A stretch of 64,000 nt of DNA from Vampirovibrionales bacterium (GTDB lineage Bacteria; Cyanobacteriota; Vampirovibrionia; Vampirovibrionales; Vampirovibrionaceae), in assembly GCA_039794365.1 (NCBI GenBank), contig JBDIVN010000007.1, positions 44,389-108,388 on the forward strand, read 5' to 3'. The notes under the pieces were generated by a model, which saw nothing but the letters and a program-made list of their open reading frames with translations, had not been told where the DNA came from and searched no databases. The position numbers and the translations under genes are program-made. The stretch's first letter is position 1, and each line of letters begins with the position of its first letter. Of the stretch, positions 10,553-18,620 are shown piece by piece.

Positions 10553-10697
10553 AGAACTTTACCTCAACAGTTTGCTCACTAACCGATTTCCGCAGGAAGA
10601 CACCTGCCTCTGCTAACACTCTACCGCGGAGAGGGCCGGAGCCGACTCATCCAGAATCAGGATATTTTCCCGCTGGCGGTCCCTGATCCGCGTCCTG

Positions 10698-11168
10698 TTA
10701 TTCTTCATAGCGCATTGTGGCCGACGCACGGACCGGAATGTTATCCAGCCCGAACTCCCGGTGGGCGAAGCCGGAAAGCATGGCTTCCAGCGGCAGGGGA
10801 TTGGGCATGGCATAGTCGATCTCAACGGTCACCGATCGTTCGCCCACGGCGCCCCCCGGATCGGGCGGCGTTACATCGATGTCATCCGCCGACAGGGTGA
10901 TGCCCGACGTGGATTGCACCAGTTCGATGACATGCTCCTGCACCTCGGCCTCGCCTCCCATGCCGGAGCCAAGATCCGTATTGAGCGAGGCAATCCGGGC
11001 ACCCTCGCGGGCTGCCGTGACCATCGTATGCTGGACGTACAGGTAAGCGCTGATACTGGCAATGGAAACCAGCATCAAGGTAAACATGATCACGCTGAAG
11101 ATCATCTCGATAATCGCCTGACCCTTCGCATGCGCCCGTTTTACCACGAAACTTCTCATAGCGCCCAT
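10698..11168 (-). CDS. tadE: TadE-like pseudopilin (Flp-type class III prepilin N-terminus)
   Basis: N-terminus MGAMRSFVVKRAHAKG/QAIIEMIFSVIMFTLML matches the G/XXXXE[FMY] Flp/TadE processing motif followed by a hydrophobic helix. GGGAG RBS upstream. Start at the internal ATG, not the 214-aa extended ORF. Confidence 0.7.
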   Translation of the reverse strand: MGAMRSFVVKRAHAKGQAIIEMIFSVIMFTLMLVSIASISAYLYVQHTMVTAAREGARIASLNTDLGSGMGGEAEVQEHVIELVQSTSGITLSADDIDVTPPDPGGAVGERSVTVEIDYAMPNPLPLEAMLSGFAHREFGLDNIPVRASATMRYEE

Positions 11169-11241
11169 AAACGCTTTCTCCCTGGGTTTTAAAAGGCGAG
11201 AGGGGGGACCCGTAAGCCCCCCACTCCCGAACAAATCCGAA

Positions 11242-11448
11242 TTAACCAGGCACCTGACCCATGAAGTAGGCCTCAATGGCGTCCAGAATGTTGGTGAAGA
11301 TGTCACCCAGGCCTTCCGGGCCGAGGGCCAGAATACCGGCAACCAGGACAGCGGCTACAACAAGGGCGCCGACGTATTCAACAATCCCTTGGCCTTTGTT
11401 CTTTTTCAAATTTTTCATGCGAGTTTCTCCTTGCTTGCCAACTCTCAC
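11242..11448 (-). CDS. flp: Flp family type IVb pilin (prepilin)
   Basis: Short ORF with Lys-rich leader, then KG/QGIVEYVGALVVAAVLVAGILAL: the canonical Flp G/XXXXEY cleavage motif plus hydrophobic stretch. AGGAGA RBS precedes the ATG at 11448 (alternative start at MKNLKK, 11418). First gene of the tad operon. Confidence 0.8.
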   Translation of the reverse strand: MRVGKQGETRMKNLKKNKGQGIVEYVGALVVAAVLVAGILALGPEGLGDIFTNILDAIEAYFMGQVPG

Positions 11449-11760
11449 TCGAACGACTTTACCGAGGAAAGAATGTAATAACAGGAACTTGTAAGAACAC
11501 TGTCGGCCAACAGCCCAAAATCTTTAATGTCGATCTCCGGGTCTCCCGAACAGTGTGCCTTACACGTAAATAATTCCAACCTGCGGAGAAATCTAAACGA
11601 CTGTCGTAACACTTCTTAAAACTATGGGGGTCACGGATAGGGGCAAAGGGCGGACAACAGCGAATTGATACCCCAACCCACTATTTTTCAGCCTGACCCC
11701 TCCCGCCGGGGCGAAAACGGATTGTGTTAAAATCGCCGTAGTTTTAAGGAGCGACAGGCT

Positions 11761-12720
11761 ATGGCTCAAAAGCAACATTACAAGGTGATGATCATTGGTT
11801 CCGGCCCGGCAGGGTACACAGCGGCATTGTATGCCTCGCGGGCCAACCTGGAACCGGTGGTTTTCGAAGGGCTTCAGCCCGGCGGTCAGCTGACCATCAC
11901 CACCGACGTGGAGAATTACCCTGGCTTCCCCGACGGCATCATGGGACCTGAGCTGATGGAGAAGTTCAAGGCCCAGGCCGAACGTTTCGGCACCACGGTC
12001 CTCAACGAGATGGTCAACGAGGTGGACTTCACCCGGGCGCCCTTTACGGCAAAAACCGACGAAGGCACCTACACCGCCGACACGGTCATCATCGCCACAG
12101 GCGCCTCGGCTCGGTGGCTGAACATTCCGGGCGAGAAGGAGCTGGGCGGCCACGGCGTTTCCGCCTGCGCCACCTGCGACGGCTTTTTCTTCCGCGACAA
12201 GGAGGTGGTGGTCATCGGCGGCGGTGATACCGCCATGGAGGAGGCCAACTTCCTGACCCGTTTCTGCAGGAAGGTCACCGTCATCCATCGCCGCGACGAG
12301 CTGCGGGCCAGCAAGATCATGCAGGACCGCGCCTTCAAGAACCCGAAGATCGAATTCATATGGGACACGGTGGTGGAAGCCGTCAACGGCACCAAGGAAA
12401 CCGGCGTGGAATCCGTCAGCCTGAAAAATGCGAAGACCGGCGAAACCCAGGAGTTCAAAACCGAGGGTGTCTTCGTCGCCATCGGCCACAAGCCCAACAC
12501 GGACATCTTCAAGGGCGAGCTTGAGCTTGAATCCAACGGCTACATCAAGGTGCGCCCCGGCACGGTGAACACCAACATCGAGGGGGTGTTCGCCTGCGGC
12601 GACGTGATGGACCACAAGTACCGCCAAGCGGTCACCGCCGCGGGGACCGGCTGCATGGCCGCCATGGACGCCGAGAAATACCTGGAAGCCAAGGAGTCCA
12701 ACCAGCCGGTTACGGCCTGA
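11761..12720 (+). CDS. trxB: thioredoxin-disulfide reductase
   Basis: FAD-binding GSGPAG, redox-active CATCDG, NADPH-binding GGGDTAME. Length 319 aa is typical. Confidence 0.95.
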   Translation: MAQKQHYKVMIIGSGPAGYTAALYASRANLEPVVFEGLQPGGQLTITTDVENYPGFPDGIMGPELMEKFKAQAERFGTTVLNEMVNEVDFTRAPFTAKTDEGTYTADTVIIATGASARWLNIPGEKELGGHGVSACATCDGFFFRDKEVVVIGGGDTAMEEANFLTRFCRKVTVIHRRDELRASKIMQDRAFKNPKIEFIWDTVVEAVNGTKETGVESVSLKNAKTGETQEFKTEGVFVAIGHKPNTDIFKGELELESNGYIKVRPGTVNTNIEGVFACGDVMDHKYRQAVTAAGTGCMAAMDAEKYLEAKESNQPVTA

Positions 12721-12736
12721 GACGGACCCAACGGTT

Positions 12737-13657
12737 TCAGGCCAGCTGATCGAGGGATGGCTGCCCCGCTTCGTTATAGGCACTGTCGAGTAACGAGGCA
12801 ATGAGCCGGGCGGCCTCGCTCATTCGACGCTCGGCAATGGGTTGCCAGCCGTCACGAAGAGCCTGCCGGTAGGCTTTCTCGTCCAGCTTCCGGTTCCGGG
12901 CATCCCGATCCACCGCCACGATGTCGAACAAGTGGCCATAACCCGCCGTCATGGTCTTCTTCAGCTCGCTCCTGAGGGTGTCCCGGTCCCGGACAGGTGG
13001 CTGGTATCCGTCGTTCTGGGCCTCCCGAATCTCAGCCCTGGCCCAGTCCTGAAGTTCTGACGGAAAAAACAGCCGGTTCTCGAAAAAGGCGTGGCTGTTC
13101 TTGTAAGAGATGGGCAGATGCCAGTTGTAATAGAGGGTCACATGCATGGGTTGGGCGAGATCACCGGCGTAATGAACCAGCCGCCCGATGGCCCCCTCAA
13201 TGGCGGCCTCCTTCTGCGCTCTGGCCCTCTTGCCCATCTGCCTGCCCCCGCTCAGGGACTTCAGCAGCCGGACCAGATCCTCGTAATTCTTCAGGACGGA
13301 CTGGTAGACGTTTTCCGGTTTGCCGCAACAGCCGTCGTCCACCTGGTCCACATGGCGCTCGAACTCGGCCTGGCGCTTTTTCCGCTGAGCGGGCCGGAAC
13401 ACGTCCGCCACCTTGCTGAACTGCCGATCCTTGACCGGCAATTTTTTCGGCAGGTTGTTCTGCCAGTAGTGTTCCGCGTTGAGGAAATGGCCTCTGCCGG
13501 AAAATTGCTTATCCTGCAGGTCGGCGATATCCTGGATTTCCGCCCGGTTCCCATCCACAAAAGCCGCCAGAGGCCCGGCCTGCATCATGCCCCAGGCCGC
13601 GTCATTGATGGCCGCATGGCCACGCAAGGACCATCCGAACCGAACTGTCCCAACCAC
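12737..13657 (-). CDS. S1/P1 nuclease / zinc-dependent phospholipase C superfamily protein
   Basis: Conserved HYAGDLAQPMH motif (the Zn-ligand HxxGDxxQPxH block of P1 nuclease/PLC) plus an N-terminal W..GH block. No obvious signal peptide from the annotated ATG. Confidence 0.6.
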   Translation of the reverse strand: MVGTVRFGWSLRGHAAINDAAWGMMQAGPLAAFVDGNRAEIQDIADLQDKQFSGRGHFLNAEHYWQNNLPKKLPVKDRQFSKVADVFRPAQRKKRQAEFERHVDQVDDGCCGKPENVYQSVLKNYEDLVRLLKSLSGGRQMGKRARAQKEAAIEGAIGRLVHYAGDLAQPMHVTLYYNWHLPISYKNSHAFFENRLFFPSELQDWARAEIREAQNDGYQPPVRDRDTLRSELKKTMTAGYGHLFDIVAVDRDARNRKLDEKAYRQALRDGWQPIAERRMSEAARLIASLLDSAYNEAGQPSLDQLA

Positions 13658-13813
13658 GTCTGTCTTTCCCCCGGTTTTTATTAGATTGTATTATAACATA
13701 AACAATCATTAATCATGCCGGGGATCAAAAAGACAGGCTAAAGAAACCGGTCCTTTGGCCGAATGTATAATAGAATGTCTGATTGGAATGAGACGGCACT
13801 TAAGGATGGGATA

Positions 13814-15421
13814 ATGGCAATTCGGAAAAGTGACAGAGGCGCCACGATCTGGGAATACGCGCTGGGGGTTGGCCTGGTGGCCGGTGCGCTCATTGGCGTG
13901 GCCGCATTCATCCTCCCCAGCGCCCTGAACATCTCATTCGTCAACACGGTCAATGCCACCACGGATAACAACCAGGTCATTGCCCAGTCCTTCGGCACCC
14001 CCACCGACCCCTTCGCCGCCATTGCCGGCTTCCAGAACGAAAACGTCAAGACCATCGTAAGCCAGATGTCCATTGCATGCATCGATACGAGCCAGGTGTG
14101 CTTCCCCTCATTTTCCGAGAACGCCCTGAACGACGAGGACACCCTCGGCGGTCTGGGGGAAACTTCCGGCGGCCTGGGGCAGCAGCAATACCTGGATATG
14201 GCTACCAACTACATCATGACGGCCATCAAGGACATTCTAGGCAAGAAAAACGTCCCCGAATCCCTTAAGGAGAAGTTTCGTGAACTGGCGAACCTCTCCC
14301 AGGAGATGGCCTCAGCCCAGCAACAGCTGGCAGACGCCCTGCGCCGCGGAGACAGCGCACGGGCACGGCAACTGGTCCAGCGAATCAACGGGGGCAGCCA
14401 GGTCTACATCTCGGACAAATGCCTGCCGTCGGCCATTTGCATCGAAGCCGGCGACGGCCTCTTCTACAATATCATTCCCGCCAATGATCCCCTTTCCCTC
14501 ACCGGACAGATTGCCCTGGTCCGGCAGGAAATCGCGGCGGACGAAAATATCGGACAGATCCCCAGTGCCTCTCGCGCCCTGGATACCGTCTTCAGCGCCC
14601 TTGAGGATCGCTCCCGGCGGATTGCCGTCCTGATGGAGGGAGATCCGCCCATTGTAAAAAGATACAGCGAAGTGGACATCCAGGATTTTATCGCCACCCT
14701 GACCACCAACGTGTCCTATCTCAACAGCCTGGTTTCCAGCATGAACCAGGAGAAAAACGCCCGCACCGCCACGGAGGAACTGGCCAAGAGCCTGTACAAG
14801 AACGACAACTACATGGGCTACAGCAACGAGCAGGTGGATTTGACCGTCACCCACCTGATCGAGAAGATCCAGAAAACCCTGCTGGCCGATGAGGCCTTTG
14901 CCCGAAGCCTGATCCGCGGCACCCCGGACATAAAGGAAGCCACCCGGCTGGCCATGAGCGCTTTTGGTGAATTTTTTGCCGAAAACTCCGGGGAAAGCCG
15001 GGAAATCGCCACCAAACTGCGTGATGACGTCCTCAGTGACTCCGAAGCGGGAACCCGCCTCATACAGGCCGCCCTGGAAAACGCCGTTGCCGCACGGACC
15101 ATGGACAGACTGCTGGCCACCATCACCGATACCGCCGAGGACGGTGCCCGGAATCAGGATCTCTACAAATCGGTGGTGGGCATCCTCGCAAAAAATCCGG
15201 AGATCATCTCCGGCCTGCAGGAAATGGCCACCTCCAAACGGATCGATCCCTCCCGCGTGGAGGCCACCTCCCGGTTTCTGGCCGGACAGATCAGCGAAAG
15301 CGCCCGCGAAAGCGAGGCCACGCAGTTGCTGGAAAACAACGCCCGGCATATGCTGAAAGCGGCGGAAATCAGCTGCTCGGCAGGGCGCGGAGAGTTCAGC
15401 AGTGGAAAATGCCTGGGCTAG
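13814..15421 (+). CDS. large Flp/TadE-type prepilin-like protein with ~500-aa helical C-terminal domain (TadG-like minor pilin candidate)
   Basis: Start chosen at MAIRKSDRG/ATIWEYALGVGLVAGALIGVAAFI (AAGGA RBS 9 nt upstream). This is a class III Flp/Tad signal with the G/XXXXEY cleavage motif and a hydrophobic helix, followed by a long Ala/Leu/Glu/Arg-rich region with no vWA motif. Confidence 0.6.
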   Translation: MAIRKSDRGATIWEYALGVGLVAGALIGVAAFILPSALNISFVNTVNATTDNNQVIAQSFGTPTDPFAAIAGFQNENVKTIVSQMSIACIDTSQVCFPSFSENALNDEDTLGGLGETSGGLGQQQYLDMATNYIMTAIKDILGKKNVPESLKEKFRELANLSQEMASAQQQLADALRRGDSARARQLVQRINGGSQVYISDKCLPSAICIEAGDGLFYNIIPANDPLSLTGQIALVRQEIAADENIGQIPSASRALDTVFSALEDRSRRIAVLMEGDPPIVKRYSEVDIQDFIATLTTNVSYLNSLVSSMNQEKNARTATEELAKSLYKNDNYMGYSNEQVDLTVTHLIEKIQKTLLADEAFARSLIRGTPDIKEATRLAMSAFGEFFAENSGESREIATKLRDDVLSDSEAGTRLIQAALENAVAARTMDRLLATITDTAEDGARNQDLYKSVVGILAKNPEIISGLQEMATSKRIDPSRVEATSRFLAGQISESARESEATQLLENNARHMLKAAEISCSAGRGEFSSGKCLG

Positions 15422-15436
15422 CCAGTTCCGGCGAAG

Positions 15437-16123
15437 CTAGTTCAAACTTTCCGCAACCGCCCGCCAGAGCCTCAGAACCGGATGCCGGTTGCTCTCGGCC
15501 AGCGCTTCAATCTGGCGCTGGGTATAGGCGATCTCGTCCATCAACTCCGGAAATTTGCCGCTCTGTCCGTAAATCCCAACGATATCGCGGTTGTACTGCA
15601 GCTTTTCCTCCCTCGACGGCTTGAACCGCTGCCAGAAGCCCTCCCCCTGCTGGCGGTACTCCCGCAGCATGGTGCGCATGTTATGGAGCTTGTCGCTGGC
15701 CGAAATAAGCAGGGCCGTCTCCGGCGCCTCGTTCACCACCCGTTCCAGATAGGCCACCTTGCGCTCGTTGTAGGTTTTGGAGGGGTCATCCCCATAGTCC
15801 GTGCAGTAATCCACCAGCATGGCCACCACCGGGCCAAAGCGGGCCTCGATCCGATCCCGCATGCCCCTACCCCCCTGATCCTCGATGGCATCGTGGAGCA
15901 GGGCCGCGATCACGGCATCCTCCAGGGTAATCCGGACATCAGGCTGACCAGGGCGACGAAAGACTTCGAGCAGGTAGTCCGGGGCGGGCACAAAGCCGTT
16001 ACGCGCATCCTGAATGGGGGCAAATTCGAGCATGATGCTCATGACCCCGATGAGATGGGAGAAATAGGGAACGGATGACCCCTTGCGCAGTTGGGACTGG
16101 TGGATCGCCATGGCAAATTCCAT
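15437..16123 (-). CDS. HD-domain (p)ppGpp hydrolase-like protein (small alarmone hydrolase / SpoT-type HD)
   Basis: Motifs HQSQLRKGSSVPYFSHLIGV and AALLHDAIED match the RelA/SpoT-type HD hydrolase domain. Start placed at the internal MEFAMAIHQ. Confidence 0.65.
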   Translation of the reverse strand: MEFAMAIHQSQLRKGSSVPYFSHLIGVMSIMLEFAPIQDARNGFVPAPDYLLEVFRRPGQPDVRITLEDAVIAALLHDAIEDQGGRGMRDRIEARFGPVVAMLVDYCTDYGDDPSKTYNERKVAYLERVVNEAPETALLISASDKLHNMRTMLREYRQQGEGFWQRFKPSREEKLQYNRDIVGIYGQSGKFPELMDEIAYTQRQIEALAESNRHPVLRLWRAVAESLN

Positions 16124-16408
16124 GGCGTCCCCGATTTTCGTGCTGAAGAAACCGGGCCGTGTCCGTTCTGAAAACCGTGCCTCATCCTGTACCGGGGCCT
16201 GCCGGAACCGGACGGCAGCCGTCCTGCGGCAACTGGAGGCACCCGCCACAGGACGGCAGGAGGCATGGACCAGGGAGGATTGGACCGTCTTCATACGAGG
16301 AGTTGTAACACAAACACTTCAAAAGTGGATTCAGATTTGCTTACCCTGTAAAAAGCCGGTAACACGCCGGCAGCCGCATACCCTAAATACGGAACTTGTA
16401 ATACAATA

Positions 16409-17821
16409 ATGGGGAAAAAATTGCGGGGACTTGGGTCGGTGTCAGCGTTCAAAGCGGTAGTGGAATCTTGGCCGGGCCAGACGGGCGAACCTCTGGAGGC
16501 CCCGCTGCTGCCTTCCCTGTGCGATCTGCTGGTGGCCGCCTCCAAAGCCATTGACCTGCTGGAAGGGCGCAGCCTGCGCCACGGCATCCGGGTCGCGGTC
16601 ATTGCCGGAACCCTGGGGCGCCTGGCCCACTTGCCGGAGCGTGAGCAGACCGCCCTGGTCCTGGCCAGCCTGCTCCATGACGCGGGGCTGGTCCGGGTCG
16701 CGTCGGACGTGGCTATCCGCCTACCTCGCGGCCTGACCGAAAAGGAACTCTTCGGCGTTCACCCCCTGCTGAACCTGGGCCTCGACCCGAATGCCCACTG
16801 GCCGGACAACCTGCGTCTGCCGGAAACCGCCCTGCAGATCCTGAAGGGACACCCCCAGGCCACCGCCGGTTTTCTGGAACCGCTCCAGGTTTCCAGAGGC
16901 GTGGGGGACATCATCACCTCTGGCCATGAGCTGATGGACGGTTCCGGCTATCCGCTGGGCATTGCCGGCGATGCCATTCCTGTCACCTCAAGAATCCTGG
17001 CCCTCGCGGACACGGCGGAAACCCGGATGGATTTCGCGGGCGGACTCAATGCCCGCCGCGACGCACTGGAGCAGTTTCTCGGCCATGAAGCCCCCGGTCG
17101 GTTCGACCCGCAGCTGATCGAGCTTCTTCAGGCCGTCACGATCTCCGCGCCGGACGACACGTTTATGCGCCGCCTCTACACCCGGCAGGCGGAATCCATG
17201 CTGGACGAACTGCTGCCCCATCGCAGACAGCCCCTTGCCGGGGAATCGCTGCGAACGGTATGCCAGACGCTCGGCACCCTGTCCGACGGGCTGCTCCCCC
17301 TCTACACGAAGAATCATTCCTTCCAGACCGCCGATGCCGCCCTGGGCATGGCCCGCCACATCGGCATCCCGGACCACCAGACAGGCCAGTTGGCCATTGC
17401 GGGACTGGTCCATGACCTGGGCATGCTGTCGGTTCCCCTGAACATCCTCCTGCACCCCGAAGCCCTGGGCCGGGAACAGTGGTCGCGGATCTACGATCAT
17501 CCCCGGCACACGATGGATATCCTCAAGGGCGTTCCGGGTTTCGAGGCCATCGGCAACTGGAGCGGCGAGCATCATGAGCGTATGAACGGCAGCGGTTATC
17601 CCGGCGGTAAGAAGGGCATCGAGATCTCCGTGGCCGGAAGAATCCTGGGCATTGCCGACGCCTATTCGGCCCTGATCTCGCCACGCCCCTATCGGACCCA
17701 TGCCTACGAGCCGATGGATGCCCTGCCCGTGCTGGGCCAGGGACGATTCCGGCTCTTCGACAACCCGCTTATCAGTGTGCTTCGCAGCGTAGTGCTGGAA
17801 TCCCAGTACGTCGTCTCCTGA
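16409..17821 (+). CDS. tandem HD-GYP domain protein (putative c-di-GMP phosphodiesterase)
   Basis: Two HD..GYP modules: LLHDAGL...HELMDGSGYP and LVHDLGML...HHERMNGSGYPGG. No sensor or receiver domain is recognisable. Confidence 0.8.
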   Translation: MGKKLRGLGSVSAFKAVVESWPGQTGEPLEAPLLPSLCDLLVAASKAIDLLEGRSLRHGIRVAVIAGTLGRLAHLPEREQTALVLASLLHDAGLVRVASDVAIRLPRGLTEKELFGVHPLLNLGLDPNAHWPDNLRLPETALQILKGHPQATAGFLEPLQVSRGVGDIITSGHELMDGSGYPLGIAGDAIPVTSRILALADTAETRMDFAGGLNARRDALEQFLGHEAPGRFDPQLIELLQAVTISAPDDTFMRRLYTRQAESMLDELLPHRRQPLAGESLRTVCQTLGTLSDGLLPLYTKNHSFQTADAALGMARHIGIPDHQTGQLAIAGLVHDLGMLSVPLNILLHPEALGREQWSRIYDHPRHTMDILKGVPGFEAIGNWSGEHHERMNGSGYPGGKKGIEISVAGRILGIADAYSALISPRPYRTHAYEPMDALPVLGQGRFRLFDNPLISVLRSVVLESQYVVS

Positions 17822-17873
17822 AGCGTCTCCTGGGGGCCTGTATAATAAAGAAAAGGCGAAAAGGAGGCTTACC

Positions 17874-18620
17874 ATGCGCACAGCAAACCCGGCCCTGAGT
17901 GAAAAGGCGTTCCGCTCCCCGGCCCGGACCGGCGAAGGGACCATGACCGTCCAGGGTGCCGTCAACAAAACCGCCATCCTCCTGGCCCTCGCCTTTGCCA
18001 CCGCCATGATCAGCTGGAACATGGTGCTGGCCAACCCGGCGATCTTTCCGTTGCTGATGTGGGGCGGACTCATCGGCGGGTTCATCCTCGCCATGATCAC
18101 CGCCTTCAAACGGGACTGGGCGCCGGCCACCGCCCCGGCCTACGCCCTGGTGGAGGGCGTTTTTCTCGGCAGCATTTCCGTCGCGTTCGAACATTACATG
18201 GGCGATGGCATGGCCGGGATCGTCTTTCAGGCCGTTATTCTCACCTTTGGAACACTGGCTGCCCTACTTCTGGCTTATAGTAGCGGGATGATTAAGGTCA
18301 CCGAGAAGTTTCGGATGGGGGTTTTCGCCGCCACCGGCGCCATCCTGCTCGTCTATATCGTCAATTTCGTGATGAGCTTCTTCGGCATGAACGTGCCCTT
18401 CCTTCATGACACCGGTCCCATCGGGATTGGCATCAGCGTGGTCATTGTCATCGTCGCCGCCCTGAACCTGGTGCTGGACTTCGACTTTTTCGAGCAGGGG
18501 GCACGCCAGGGGGCACCCAAACATATGGAGTGGTACGCCGCCTTCGGACTCATGGTCACCCTGGTCTGGCTCTACCTGGAAATGCTGCGCCTGCTGTACA
18601 AGATTCGCAGCAATCGCTAG
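17874..18620 (+). CDS. Bax inhibitor-1/YccA family membrane protein
   Basis: Seven predicted hydrophobic helices, about 220-aa core and the family's charged C-terminus. Start may be the internal MTVQGAVNKTAILLAL (17943). Confidence 0.55.
   Translation: MRTANPALSEKAFRSPARTGEGTMTVQGAVNKTAILLALAFATAMISWNMVLANPAIFPLLMWGGLIGGFILAMITAFKRDWAPATAPAYALVEGVFLGSISVAFEHYMGDGMAGIVFQAVILTFGTLAALLLAYSSGMIKVTEKFRMGVFAATGAILLVYIVNFVMSFFGMNVPFLHDTGPIGIGISVVIVIVAALNLVLDFDFFEQGARQGAPKHMEWYAAFGLMVTLVWLYLEMLRLLYKIRSNR

Noticed and set aside
9155-10582. 475-aa plus-strand ORF across cpaB
   Set aside because: Antisense to cpaB/cpaC. Arg/Gly/His-rich with no motif.
11593-12801. 402-aa minus-strand ORF overlapping trxB
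   Set aside because: Antisense to an unmistakable trxB. GC artefact.
14312-15349. 345-aa minus-strand ORF inside the Flp-like giant gene
   Set aside because: Antisense frame that is Gly/Ala-rich, while the sense frame has a strong start context and a pilin N-terminus.
16988-18130. 380-aa minus-strand ORF overlapping the HD-GYP and Bax-inhibitor genes
   Set aside because: Antisense to two well-supported genes, Arg/Gly/Ala-rich composition and no motif. Typical high-GC antisense open frame.
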